A stretch of DNA of 63,383 nucleotides, counting the filler, from Reticulomyxa filosa (taxonomy: Eukaryota > Protista > Foraminifera), in assembly GCA_000512085.1 (NCBI GenBank). It is 20 parts of 20 records of this genome, joined end to end, with 100 filler letters (N's around TTAATTAATTAA, not from the genome) between each part and the next. Parts side by side here need not be neighbours in the genome. Positions count along the whole stretch, not along the records: positions 1 to 1,688 come from ASPP01027103.1; positions 1,789 to 2,826 come from ASPP01033553.1; positions 2,927 to 5,515 come from ASPP01029260.1; positions 5,616 to 9,249 come from ASPP01024037.1; positions 9,350 to 12,785 come from ASPP01003166.1; positions 12,886 to 22,302 come from ASPP01001964.1; 14 more parts are not named here. One strand, written 5' to 3'. Positions 1-12,911 of this stretch are shown here, piece after piece (the first letter of the stretch is position 1; each line of letters begins with the position of its first letter). The translations under genes and the position numbers were made by a program. The notes beneath the pieces are model-generated. The model did no database searches. It was given only the letters and a program-made list of their open reading frames with translations, and had not been told where the DNA came from.

Positions 1-1406
1 ATTTAATGTTCACTTTAAACGAGGAACATTCATTATTTTATCAAACGTAAAGGTTGGCATTTTTTTTTAAAAGTAATGATAATAGCAGGAATGGTGTCTC
101 ATTCTACAAGATTAAATTTAAACTTATTGAATACATCCTTTCTCAAAGCAAATGTTCATAATAATTATGGTATTTGCAATATTTATTTTTTTAAGATAAT
201 AACGTCTATTTTTTGCAATTGTCGGCAAATAAAAAAGTGAATCAAACATGAAAACAATATATGCCTATGTTAAATAAACGTTTAAATGTTTGAATTGATG
301 CTATATGAAAGAAAAAAACAATGAATTTGTCAAAATTTTTGATCCATCCTAATTTAAAATTGAATAATCATTTGAGTCTCTTCTTCTTTGAACTGTTTCA
401 ATCATAAAGCAAAAACGACAACAATAAAAAATAAAAACTCAAAAATGGATATTAAAACAACAAACCATATATTTAATGAAGAGAATTGAATATGCAATAT
501 ATTATGAGAAAGAAGTTTCATTAGATTACCAAGAGATTCAACATTTGAATAAATGGAGTTGCAATGTAGTGGATTGTCAAATGCAATCACTCAAAATTGA
601 CTGTCATCATTGCTGCAAAAAATTTAAAACATATTATTCCATAATATTCTTTGTCATCTTATCGAATATCATAAAATCAAATTACCACCAACAATTTCAT
701 CGCACTCATTATTACAAATGGTGAATATTCAACACATATCTGTATGTCCATTAAACATTTGAATTTGTTGAATATTCCATTTTATAGTTTATACAAGACA
801 CGTTATCGAATATGAATATGTTTTGTTTGTTGATAGTCTTGCTATCATTGACGTCTGCGTTGATAGTATCAGATTTTTTTTTTGGTCTTTTTACGCTCAG
901 AGAGCAAATGTCAGCTCAAAGCAAAAGTTTTGAAAGACATTCTTTTATCTAATTAGTTAGTAAGTAATTAAATGAAACCAAAATAAACTTTTTCATTTTC
1001 AAAAACTATTGTTGCATTGAAAGAACAGATCAAACAAAACAAAAAAGTACATTTGAATTTAGCATTCTATGATGTTTGATTTTTAACTTCAAAAAAGGGT
1101 GAAAGAAATTTCCATCAAATTGAAGACCAAAGGTTTTTTTTTTACCTTTTTAGAAGAGATTACTTTTTTTCATATATACGATTCTTAGTTATTTTAGTTT
1201 CATTCATTCAAGATATGACTCATTATAAACGTTTTTATGCATTATTTGAATCAATTTCTGAAATAATTCTCTATTTTTTAACATAATACAATCAATTATC
1301 ATTACGTTTGTATCAGGATTAAAAACCATTTGTTATTCTTTTTCCAAATATGAAAAAACTTCAACATTAACAACACAAGAATCTCATGAAAGAGAAACTC
1401 AATATC

Positions 1407-1688
1407 TCTCAATGTATGCTACACAAACATGAACTCTTCATTTATGGAGGTGTATATAAAAGAGCTTGTTATTCTTATCATACAATCAAAAACGAATACA
1501 AGTTTATTTGTTAGTATCCAAGTAATGTTACATTATGGGGACATCGTGTAATGAAACTGATAGATACACCAAACAAATCATTTTGTTGTCTTGTGAATCT
1601 TCTTGGGATGGAGAAAAAAAAATATACATTGATGATAAAATATGTAAGTGTTTGGAGAAATATACCAGATAAATTAAATAAATTAAAT
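1407..1688 (+). pseudogene. Kelch/galactose-oxidase-like beta-propeller gene copy, disrupted
   Basis: Reads SQCMLHKHELFIYGGVYKRACYSYHTIKNEYKFIC*YPSNVTLWGHRVMKLID...YTLMIKYVSVW. Kelch-like hhhhGG...Y pattern; in-frame TAG at 1512-1514; upstream part lies in another frame. Confidence 0.7.
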
Positions 1689-1788
1689 NNNNNNNNNNNN
1701 NNNNNNNNNNNNNNNNNNNNNNNNNNNNNNNNTTAATTAATTAANNNNNNNNNNNNNNNNNNNNNNNNNNNNNNNNNNNNNNNNNNNN
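1689..1788. other. Artificial contig spacer (N-run + TTAATTAATTAA + N-run), first of 19. Others at approx. 2827-2926, 5516-5615, 9250-9349, 12786-12885, 22303-22402, 27115-27214, 32103-32202, 34209-34308, 35369-35468, 37285-37383, 41114-41213, 45148-45247, 46877-46976, 49734-49833, 54260-54359, 56908-57007, 60644-60743, 62153-62252
   Basis: Identical palindromic 12-mer, giving stops in all six frames, embedded in N-runs every time. Composition and gene content change abruptly across spacers. Confidence 0.97.
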
Positions 1789-4700
1789 ATACGTGCTGCC
1801 AGTTGAGATAATTGAGGTTTAGTATCATTTTCCAATTGTGTAGACATTTTTATTGAGAATAATCCAAAATCTTGGCTAGTTCAGTTTTTTTTTTTAATTA
1901 CCGAAAAAGGTTATATCTAAACAAAATGTTATGTATTGAATATATGATTTTTCTTTTACATTTGCTAACATAAAAATGGGTTAAAATCGATTCTTTACCT
2001 AAAATCGCAAAAATATGACTAAATGTAAATAAAAGGAAAGTAGCTTCTTCTTAATAATTTTTTTAAAATTCTCTTTGATCACATTTAGGATTGTTCAAAA
2101 CCTTTTTCTGTACTTGTTCGGAAAAAGACTTTTTTTACTTTAAAGAGCATATGACTTTTACACTTAAAAAAAATAGTTTGGCGGTTTGGTTAGCGTTTTA
2201 CCTTTGATTTTTGTTTCTAACCTTTCAGGATGAGCTGAAAGTCACATTTCAAAAGGGAACAATATTTTTATTAAATTAAAAAAAATCAAAATTAAAAATT
2301 TTTCTCCTTATAAAATCGAAGTGCAAAATAATCTTTTCTTCATAAAAAATTATTTCGAATCACCTCAAAAACGCCTTTCATCAAAACAAAAAATTATTTT
2401 TTATTGAATAAAAAAAAAAAAACACAAAAAAAAAATAAAAAATCAGAAGTTGCATTCATCATCAAAGCTCACTCGTGATAAATAATTCATCATGTAAAAG
2501 TTTAAGTTTTTTTAAGTCGAATACCTTCGCAAGGCTGTTCTTGCTTCGAAATTACTTCATCCTTAGAATAGCAAATTGTTCATGGTGCAAAAACAATTGC
2601 TGCGTTTACAAAAAACAAACAAAGAAACAGTGTAAATAAAAAAAGCTCAGCTGACGACCTTGTAAAAGGGTACAAACAACTTTTATCATATTTTTTACTA
2701 CAGTACTTGCTGCAATGATGCCACGTAGCAAAGACGTTGTCATAAAAGCACTTTTTAAAAATTGTTGCATTCTTTGTTCATTTGCATTATTTATTGTCAA
2801 ACATCATATTTTGTACAAATAAGATANNNNNNNNNNNNNNNNNNNNNNNNNNNNNNNNNNNNNNNNNNNNTTAATTAATTAANNNNNNNNNNNNNNNNNN
2901 NNNNNNNNNNNNNNNNNNNNNNNNNNATTGTTGAATTTCTTTGGATTATTTGTTTGTTTTTTGCCAAATAAAATTACAACGGCAAAGAAACAAAGTATTG
3001 GTAATAGACTAATTACTTTGTTGTTATAATTTCAATACGTATTGCTTTGTTCATTTATTAGACAGCTGTTTTCACTGCAAAATTGTGATTAAAAATGTGT
3101 TTTTATCAATTTTTAAGACAGCTCAGATTTGTTGATTTCACATGATGAAAAAATAAAAAAATTGACAGTTTGGCATTGTGCATGTTATATAATAATGTAT
3201 TCAAAAATTAATTTCTCTGAAAAAGAGATTTACAAAAAAACTGGAGTGTGACATAGAATTTTTGTTTATGTTTGAAGAACCAAAGAAATTCTACTCCAAT
3301 TCTTTATTTTATAACAAATAGATCTTAAAAAAAACATTATTAGATTTTATTTATCCTTTTAAAGGCGATTTGCCAATTGTACAACTCATTTTTAAAAGCA
3401 AAATTAAATCACTTTTTTTTTGTTTTTAAGGCCACTCAAAGGGGTCATTTCACCCCTTTTTTAAACTTCTTTATAGTTCAGAAACATTAACAGCATGAGT
3501 AATCAAAACATAACTCTTTTTCAAAGTTTGAAGGAATTGCTCACTCCATTTAAACAATTCAATGTGGATACATATTTAAAAAGATTACATTGGAATGATG
3601 TTTCGTTGCAATGTGGAGGCTGCTAAATATTTTTGCACTTTCAATTTGTTGAGACTTCGTTTCTATTATTATAACATCTGCAAAAAGTTAGTAAATCTTA
3701 TTTTTTTGTAATATCAGATAGAGAAAACAAAAGCAAATGAATTTAATGTTATATTGCTTAAAAAGACAACAGTAATAAATGTTTAACTGCAATGAATTTG
3801 GAAAGTTTTGCTCTTGGTCAATTTCGATAACACAAAAACAACGTACTTCAAATAGAGAGCTTCACTTCTGGTCGCGCTCCCCTTTATTTTCTTTTTTCTC
3901 TAAGTCCATTGTTCTGGATAACGTATATCCATTCTATATTTGAATTTGAATAATGGCAGGATTGCATTGCTTAAGGAAAGTTTCAATCCATGGAATATGC
4001 ATCCACTTGAATATCTCCATCATTGTCTAAAGGTGCATCTACTACGACAACTCTGGTACAATTGTGTTCTCTCTTTAATTTCTTTTGATTGGTGTAATCT
4101 TATCACAAAATACACTTTTGATATGTAATTGTGATAAGCACCAAAAAAAAAAAAGAGACCCAAATTGGATAACGACACGTTCTGTCGACAGATATGGATT
4201 CACGTTATCTCCTTAATTCTCGATTTGACCGACGATGTAATTTTGGACTGCTTCAAAAAAAAAAATTGCTTAGCCCTGATTCCGATATCTCTGTTCGCCG
4301 GGACGTTGCTACGTGCAATTGCACTTATCCGACGATGAAGACGTCGATACATTGGAAGCCTTATTATAATAAGTTGGGGTTGGTCACGTTTGGCGCGACA
4401 CAAATTTGGCAAACAAGCAAATTGGAGGTAAGCGATATTGTGGAATATACCCAAGTGTCTGCGAGAACAATACATATACCATTTGTTGTAGAAGACAAAA
4501 CGCTCAATGCTTGGACAACAGCCAAGATATAGTCTGCAATGGGATATGAAAAGTTGGCCATCAAAAATATTCGCAGTTATAATACTGTTATGTTACTTGG
4601 CCAATGCTACTTTTCTAAACACTTCACTGTGTGAATCGCCTTTGTCACTTGTTTGTAGCTGCCTTCTCTGCTAGTTTGCGACTCGGAGTGTTGCATCTTA

Positions 4701-5637
4701 TCTTTGTTCTGTACGCTTGTTTCCTTTTGGGGTTTCCACTTGGTCCAAAAATATTCATTGGTTATTTTAGACCCATTTTATCCATATCATGAGGAGATGG
4801 CATGACATTGCAGTCTCCGAATTCAATTCTTTTCTTTTCTTGCAAAAAAAAAAACCTTACTCAATAACCCAACAAAAATGTATTCAAGCTTCAGCTTTTT
4901 CAATTTTTTTTTTTTTTTACGTTCTTTAACGCAAGTTATTAGAAAAATAATTGGATTGACTATCATCCTCAGTTACTCACAAGCACCAGGTGCAGAGGAA
5001 ATCCCCTTTAAAGACTCACAAAAAAAAAAAAAACTATCTTCACCTTTCATGATCCATATGCTCCATGCAAAAGGCTGTGCTCGTGTGCATCTAAAAACCC
5101 TTCTAAAAGGTCCCACGGTAGAGCATTTACAACAAAAGATTTATGAAGAGTTGACTGACCTGCCCGAGGTACACCCCCCAGCAATTGAAAATCCACGGGA
5201 AGACTGACGAAAGTGTACTGAGCCTTACGTTTGGCGACATGCTATTTTTAACAATAAATAGCAATCCGTCGGCCACGACTGACGTCCCTTCCATTAGCAA
5301 GAAGATTGGCATGAACATTGGGGAAGGGGGAAAAATACGACCGAAAATGGAGTGTCGTCATTATCTAACGAAATACAATGAATAATTCAGGTGTACTCGA
5401 CTCCTTTGCACGGCCGCCTGTTTTTGTCGCAAAAAATTTGAACTTACAAAATATTTGGGAAGAGTCACATCTCACATCTCCTTTGCCAAGTTCAGTTATT
5501 TGCGAAACAAGTTTTNNNNNNNNNNNNNNNNNNNNNNNNNNNNNNNNNNNNNNNNNNNNTTAATTAATTAANNNNNNNNNNNNNNNNNNNNNNNNNNNNN
5601 NNNNNNNNNNNNNNNAAAAAAAAAAAATAAAAATAGA

Positions 5638-8600
5638 GAAGATATCGCATTGCAAGAGCAAAACAACGACGAAGAAGAAAAGAAAAATGCCAACGAACCA
5701 ATTGAAGTCAAAGTTATTTAAGTCCAATTTTGCGTATACGTACAAAAGTGACCCTTTACTTTTTTTTTTTTTGCAAAAAAAAAAAATTTTGGCAAAATCG
5801 AGATAAAAATAAAGCAGAACAAAAATAAAACAATTCACAGATGAGAAAGTTAGACAAGGCATTACTGTTAGATCATCCATTTCTAGAACAATGGCGTAAC
5901 ATGGGCACAATTCAACGAAAACTATACGATTGGAAATTGAAGCTACACAAACGAATAAATCGGTTCGTTCCCTTGCCAAAAATTTTTTTTTGTAAATACA
6001 AAAAAATGAACGGATGAATGAATGAAAAAAAAAAAAATATCTTTACAAAAAAATCAAGGTTTTTTTTTTTTTAAAAATATTGGTTTGGAAAGGTCGAAAA
6101 GTGAAAGTACTTTTTTGTGGAGAGGTCATCTTATGCACATCCAAGCGAACTTTGGCGACAGCATCTACTCATTTTTCGAATTTGTTCGGTGGTTGTTTGT
6201 ACTGAATGTAATGATGAGCATATTGTTTCTGTTGATCGTTTTACCAAGCATGTGGCAATTTGACTGGACCAACACTGACGCTTTCACCTTTTTCGACATT
6301 TTGATTGGCAATGAATGTCAAAAGAGCTGGTGTGTTCGCACTCAAAAAGACAAAACCAAAACAAAAAAAAAAAAAAAAAAAAAAGGGTAAACGTGACACA
6401 ATATTTTTAAAAAATTTTGTTTGGAACGACAAACAGGTATTTTTATGGGGCCTATCAAAGTCAATACAGCACGTTTGTGCTCTCTTATGACATTTCGTTC
6501 GTGTGGGTGATTGTTTGTGGTCTGTCGTTGATTATTTGTATCCTGCTCGTTTTATACAGAGTGCTTGGTTCTGCACTTGATGCTGAACAAGGTTTTGATA
6601 ACTTTTTTTGTGTATTGTCATGGTTTTATATTTTGGATGCAATTACACTTTTTTTTTGTTGTTTTGAAGAGGACGAAAGTTTATTCTCGAAGAATGTCTT
6701 TGCAATGTTTAATTTTCACCAGAGTGATCGGGTTTGTTTTGTTTTGTTTGTTTTTGTCTTGTTTATAAAAAAACGTATACTAAAAAAAAATAAAATAAAA
6801 TAAATTTTTGCACATTAAAAAATCTATTAATAAGCTTTGTTGTTGTGTATGCACTTGGGGGGGGGGGGGGGAAAAAAAAGGATTTGGTCAAGTTGCAACA
6901 AAATTTGATAATGATTCGACTGCACGAGACATTGCTCGAGAAACTAGATGAAAAAGATAAAAAAGTATCTTGGCCAATATTTTTCCGCAGAGTTTTGGGC
7001 GTTATATACACTCTCGTCATCGCCGTTTTGTCTGCCATTGGCATTATATACTTGATTGTATCAGAAAACCAAATCATTGGTGAAACGGCAAAACTTAGCT
7101 CCGTTTCCCAAAGAGTTGGTGTTTATATTGTTCCAGTTCAGCTCAATTTCTATTCAATTCTTGTGTACGTGCTTTTGTTTAACGAGGTTTATTGCGTGTT
7201 AATGAAACTGAACATGAAACCTAGGCTGGTGTTGCAATGATCAAATCTGTAACACCAAGAATGATTCGTTCGATTGTGATTTTTGAACATTATCCTGCTC
7301 ACGTCGCGTTTCAACAAGAGTTTTTTCGAGTGTTTTTTTTGCGAATGGTTCGTAAATATATTTTGTATTTCACTTTTGTTTGTGAGTCTTAAAAACTAGA
7401 AAAAACACAAAATAGTTTGCAATTTTAGTGACTTTATTTCAAACGTCTCAAAAAGTGTCAGTCCAAACAAGTAATGCATCATTAAGTGGAAAAATAGTAT
7501 GTGCGGAATCACAAGTGGGCATGATATTATTTAGATTTGTTCTTTTTGATGTTAAGTGTAGTTTACTTGCTTGTTTTTCCAACTCAAAAAAAAGGGGTCA
7601 AAAATTGTGGGGTGAATAATGGACAGCTGGCACTAGAAATCGTGTTCTATTTATTGTTTCCGGTAGTATGGTATTGTTGCAGTCGCGGTTGTAATAAAAC
7701 GCAAGCAAATACCGAAGCAGAATTGATTGCACAGGCCAACAAACGCACATCTAGTTGAAATGACACCCAACTTTTTTTCTTTTGAGCAACAAAGCTTTGT
7801 CAACAAAAATAAAAATGACCTTTGATGCGTGTATATGGCATACTTAGCCAAGCACGAAAATGCTGAGTTTGAAATCGCAGGGGATGATTGGAAAGAGGAA
7901 TTTGACATTGCAACGAATATATTGGATATGATCTATCGACAAACAATTGTATGGAGTGGTATGTACTTTTCTCCAATGATTCCATCATTGGCTGTAGCGG
8001 CCTGTGTCTCCACATTCTACGTGAAAAAGCACTATGTTAGCAAGGATAATTAATTTTCTTTAAAAAAAAAAAATGTCACTTATGAACACTACTTTCAATG
8101 CTAGTTTTTTAAAATAAAAATAAATGAATAAAATAATAATAGTTAATAAGGTACTGTTCCCGTCCCAAACGAGCTTTGGGTGTTGTCAAAAAATTGCGAT
8201 TTTTTTACACAATGATGTTGCTTGCAATCATTGTGGGATTAATTCCATTCCAATACTTTCTCAAGTTTTTTAATTTTTCATTTGTATTATTGCTATTGTC
8301 TGTATATAACCTGCACTTGTGCACAACAGTCGACATCCAAGTTGTGGACCCCATAAGGACCAAGAAGTGCTAAAAACATTCCAAATACATGCCAACAAAG
8401 AAACACCGCGTTGGCTGCAACTCGCGTTTCAATACGTGCTCAATGGTGTCATACTCCTTCCACTGCTTTTTTTCAGTGGGGTCTATCTCTTTTATCTGCG
8501 ACGGCTGCGAGGCAAAGTTTTGTGTTTGTTATTTGCAAATGCTTAAATTTTTTCTTTTGGAATATATGTATGTATACACTTTCATTTCAGTACTCAACAC

Positions 8601-8683
8601 GTGCTTCCTCATTGAAAGAACGCTTGCTCAAAGAAATAAACGAGAAAAAACAAATCTTGAAAGACTATAAGATTGTATTGTAA
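5638..8683 (+). CDS. TMC: Transmembrane channel-like (TMC family) protein, multi-exon, 5'-partial
   Basis: Exons give HIQANFGDSIYSFFEFVRWLFVLN (TMC IExxFGxxxxSYFxFLRW motif), YFYGAY, EFDIATNILDMIYRQTIVWSGMYFSPMIP (TMC domain core) and HPSCGPH, with many hydrophobic helices. Stop TAA at 8681-8683. Confidence 0.88.
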
Positions 8684-9076
8684 TATCTAAAATGTTTGTT
8701 TTTTAATGTTTCAAATAAAAAAAATGTTTTAAAACTCCGTCAACAATCCTAAAATTTTAGTCATTAAAAAAAATCTGTAGAAAGTGTATACGGGCAGCAC
8801 TAAATGTAATACGAAAGAGATAAAATAGCTAAGAAATGGCCAACACACAGATAAGGCCAGAAAAACAGAAAAATTAAAGAAGTTTGCTGAAGGAAAGATT
8901 GTTCATTCATTACATTCGAAAAAGCAATATGTATCTTTGATAAACTATGTTTGAGGACATTTCAGATCTGGAATCATCATTACTATTCTGAAATAAGTCT
9001 GTTTTTGTCTTCGTTTGTAAACAAATTTTAAATATGTCGCTCAAAGTTCGGATGTTATCTCCAAATGTCGCAAATA

Positions 9077-9249
9077 CAGTAGATTGCAAAGAAAACTGAA
9101 CGCCTAAAACGATATCTTATGATGATAATTGATTTTCTCATGAAAAATCAACATTTAGACCTAATTTTTTTTTTATTTTAAAAAATATCTACAAATATTG
9201 TAGTTTTTAAATATTAAATTGGTTTTATGATAAGTTTTTCCTAGGTTGA
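9077..9249. mobile_element. Tc1/mariner-type terminal inverted repeat, cut by contig end
   Basis: TA|CAGTAGATTGCAAAGAAAACTGAACGCCTAAAA followed by ~150 nt similar to 21889-22050 (catgaaaaa..caacattta..aaaaatatctac..gtagtttttaaata). Confidence 0.72.
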
Positions 9250-9349
9250 NNNNNNNNNNNNNNNNNNNNNNNNNNNNNNNNNNNNNNNNNNNNTTAATTA
9301 ATTAANNNNNNNNNNNNNNNNNNNNNNNNNNNNNNNNNNNNNNNNNNNN

Positions 9350-10205
9350 CCACTCGTCCATATTTAATACAAAATAAAAGCTCAATCCAATCTATGTTAT
9401 TCAAAGTGCAACGCTAAGCGATTATACCTTCTTTTTCATTTCATTCATATCAAAGAGGGATGTAATTTTTAAAAATATATTATTTGTATATGTTTGTAAG
9501 TAAATGACATCTAAAAAAATAAATTGCAAAACTTGCAACTGATCACTAAATCCCGTGGTAACGCTGATAGCGCAGGTAGCAACAAATATCATGGCGACGT
9601 GTAACCATACATTTAATGTATACAGCCACGAAAATTTGACGCACCACAAATACGAGTGATTGCAGCTTTCGAGACGCGATTTATTGATTTCCACCGCTGC
9701 AGCACTCGCGGTAACAACAATTAATTGATCATACACGTAAGCCCATAACAAAAAAACACTCACCATTCCTATCAATATATGTAATGCTCTTTTCCACTTG
9801 CTTTGCATATCGGTTGAGTCTGCTACGCCTTCATCCCAAAGATAAGCTGCGAATATGCCAAATGTAGACAGCCATTGCATTATTACTGTTACATATACCA
9901 CTAAGAACCAAGATCTTTGGGTTTCTTTTTTTTTTTGAAAGAGGAAGGTATGTTCAAGAATGGTCCGAAAAAAGCGCAAAAAAAACATGTTAGTGTCGTT
10001 TTTTTTTATTCTCTCAACTGAGAGGAAGCATTTGCCATTTCCCAGTTATTACCGCAATCATCCACGCATTTAGTGGATTTTTTGCCAATTGGATGTAAGG
10101 ACCTTTGGAACGAGAACGATTAGGTCTAACTAACGTCTTGGCATTCGCGTCTCGTTCAAGCGTGAATTTTTCTGTTGAATCATCTGACAAAAGTGCTTGA
10201 TCCAT
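9350..10205 (-). CDS. Hypothetical multi-pass membrane protein, spliced, 3'-partial
   Basis: Exon from MDQALLSDDSTEK, then an exon with at least three hydrophobic helices (WFLVVYVTVIMQWLSTFGIFAAYLW, ILIGMVSVFLLWAYV, LNVWLHVAMIFVATCAI). No family recognised. Confidence 0.55.
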
Positions 10206-10559
10206 CAACGAAATGTTAAACTACTGTAGATTACAGAAAAGGAAAAGCTCAGCTCGTTCCGTTACAGGACACTTTCTTTTGGAAAAAAAAAAAGTTGAAG
10301 ACATGAAAAAAACAGCGCTATGGATTAGAAACCTTTCCAAAAATAATTTCAAACGATAATACAAATCAATATCGTGAATAAACACAATACTTTTGCTTTG
10401 ATAATTCCCAATTTGAGTAATGAATTCATCATAGAAAATTTTTCATTTGCTTCGTCTACTTCGAAAGCCAATTTACTTTTATCAAATTCGGTCTATTGTG
10501 AACGTTGTTTAAGTTCTTACATTTGTTTGTAAAGATAAGTGTTTAAAATACGTAGAACT

Positions 10560-11000
10560 TTTTCTCCCTTTTTTTTGTGTGCTAATAAATTACTTATTTA
10601 TTTTTGCAAACGAAACTTAATCGATTTGAATAACAATTGATTCACAAAAAGTGTTTTTGAAGTGCAGTGGTGTTATGATTCAATATGGCACTGCAAATGA
10701 ATATTTGAGGTTTTCGTGACGAAGACAATTGCAACATGATTTCACGAATGTCCGATTCAAAGTCATGAGCCATCATCAGATCGGCTTCGTCAACTGCAAC
10801 TATTTCAATGACTGTCAAACTCAGATTTTCTGCTTTCAAATGACTAGCAATCTGTTTGTTGTTGTTTTTATTTGCTTAAGGTATTTTGTTTGTTGATTTT
10901 GTACATATTGATGTCTTTGTCTAAAAAAAAATTTATTACATTGGTGAATATAATGATTTGTGGATGCTCTAGCAATATAAGCTGTTCAATATTCAAGACT
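10560..11000 (-). pseudogene. DEAD-box RNA helicase fragment, DBP9/DDX56-like
   Basis: IVAVDEADLMMAHDFESDIREI...QIFICSAILNHNTTALQKHFL: motif II (DEAD) present, motif III degenerate (SAI for SAT). Flanks are interrupted by stops. Confidence 0.6.
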
Positions 11001-11129
11001 TTGTTACATATTTAGATCAAAGAATAACATTATAGCATGTTGTTGCAAAAATATATGAAAAACAGACTGAATGTTATTACTTTGAAGAAAAAAACAATTT
11101 TTAACAAAAAATATCATAAAGCAATACTT

Positions 11130-11970
11130 GACTTTGCAAAGAAGTACAAGTAATTGACATTCTATTGTTGTAAAAAAGTTATTTTCTCTGATGAAACTAA
11201 AATTAATTTAAAATGTATTTGTTGAAAGTTTCATAGTTGGAAAATACCATGATTACTACTTACTGAAAATGTAATAATAAAAATATTAAAATTTAGTTGT
11301 TGAAGTATAATATTGTAGTCTTATTTTGTGTGTTATGACCTGCGTATGCATGTAAAATTGATAGAGGTGTAAATGTATATATTCACAAAGAAATTCTAGG
11401 TGATGAAATAATCCAAATTCTCCAGACCTGAACACAATCGAAAATCTGTTGTAGATAGTGAAAGAAAAACATAAAAAAATAGACTATTCATATCAAAAGG
11501 AGAACTTTGAAAACAATTTGAATAATGGTGTTAAAAAATTGACAAAGAAACTTGCACAAACTTAATAAAGTTAATGCATAGCGAATAAGCAAAAGATGAT
11601 TTACTAAAAAAAATCTTATCACAAAAAAAATTTTCAGTTCTTAGGCTTTTGAATTAACTTGACTTGTTTAGCATTGTACAAAAAAAAGTCAAAAATAAAT
11701 AATGATTTTAGACAAAGTAAAGATTATTCAAAAACAATCATGCCTTTAAAATGCACAAACTTTGAAAATAACATTAAATTCTGCAAAAAAAAAATTTTGT
11801 TGAAAAAAATTGAGTTTTCTCAAAAACTACTCAACGTAGAATGCTAATTTTTAAAAATATCTAATTATTTAGCACTTTCTGAAATACTTAAAAAAGAGTT
11901 TGCAAATTTCATAGTTACGACACAGTCACGATTGTCAATTTTTTCGTGAACTTTATTTTGCATTATACTG
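11130..11970 (+). mobile_element. Degenerate Tc1-like (DDE) DNA transposon with right TIR
   Basis: DFAKKYK*LT...KKVIFSDETKINL (first catalytic Asp block) and SPDLNTIENLL* (SPDLNPIENxW block), with stops. Ends ...TTTTGCATTATACTG|TA at 11970, the reverse complement of a CAGTA-type TIR. Confidence 0.8.
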
Positions 11971-12744
11971 TATTTTGGAAATACTTTCACAATAAAAGCG
12001 ACTGTTGTTTATTGATCGTTCATTTTTATACTTGAATTTAGCATAAGATAACTCTAATCATTTTCTGTTATTTCGTTACTATATCAATATCATATAATAT
12101 TAATCATTCAATTGATAAAAGTTAATACGTCATATATACGCAAAGTGTATATTCATATGAAAGAAAAAATTATATATATACACAATATATTGCATATATA
12201 CATATATATGTATGCTACAAAATAACATTCTTGCAATATTTTGGTGTATTGCCCAAAGTCGTGATAATACACATCATCGTAATCCAAGTTGTCTTTGTCA
12301 ATATATCACAGCATAAGATGAAGTTGATCTTTTCATCATATTCATAGCTTTCGCTATATCATCCTTCTTTTCGTTTCATATTACAGCTTCTCGTTGCTGT
12401 CGAGTGAGCAATCTGTTAAACGATAGCAATAGTTTCGGGAGGGATGCTCATATATCCAATTCTTGGCTAGTATGACTGTGTAGTGCAAGTCCATACTGTA
12501 GATGGTTGAACTCTAAAATCTTTGAGCCCCCAGCGTGTTAAACTTCTTCACCAACTTTCTTCACTTTTTGTTTTTGTTTTCTTTCTTTATTGTGTTATTA
12601 TCTTTTATTCGTTAATTCAATATTTTTTTATCGAAAGCAGTTTTCTTCGATTAGAAAAACTTTTCGTATTAAATTTAGTGCAGCTGACGTCCCACAATTG
12701 CTTTAATTTATTTTATTTAATTTCTTTTTATGTTGAAAGAGGTA

Positions 12745-12785
12745 CAGTATGTTGCAAAAAAAACTGAACACCTAAAATGCCACCT
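12745..12785. mobile_element. Tc1-type TIR start, truncated by contig end
   Basis: TA|CAGTATGTTGCAAAAAAAACTGAACACCTAAAATGCCACCT; the last 17 nt (ACACCTAAAATGCCACC-type block) also occur in the TIR at 21889. Confidence 0.72.
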
Positions 12786-12911
12786 NNNNNNNNNNNNNNN
12801 NNNNNNNNNNNNNNNNNNNNNNNNNNNNNTTAATTAATTAANNNNNNNNNNNNNNNNNNNNNNNNNNNNNNNNNNNNNNNNNNNNGTTTGGGGGGGGGGG
12901 GAAAAAAAAAG

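Noticed and set aside
1512-1514. In-frame stops in several genes as evidence of stop-codon reassignment
   Set aside because: Intact genes here end in TAA (COX5B, RRP40), TAG (G-alpha-like, ankyrin) and TGA (USP, myotubularin), and the interrupted genes also have frameshifts. Pseudogenisation explains it.
1733-1744. Recurring TTAATTAATTAA palindrome as a biological repeat or CRISPR-like array
   Set aside because: Always embedded in N-runs at contig joins; an artificial six-frame-stop linker.
3440-3458. Short inverted repeat AAGGGGT-CATTTC-ACCCCTT
   Set aside because: A single short hairpin with no second copy or associated element seen; cannot be distinguished from chance.
3790-5515. Coding-like blocks here, and at 34300-35360, 39750-41000, 47000-48500 and 62253-63383
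   Set aside because: Probably exons or decayed genes, but I could not fix a consistent strand, frame or family, so they are not called as features.
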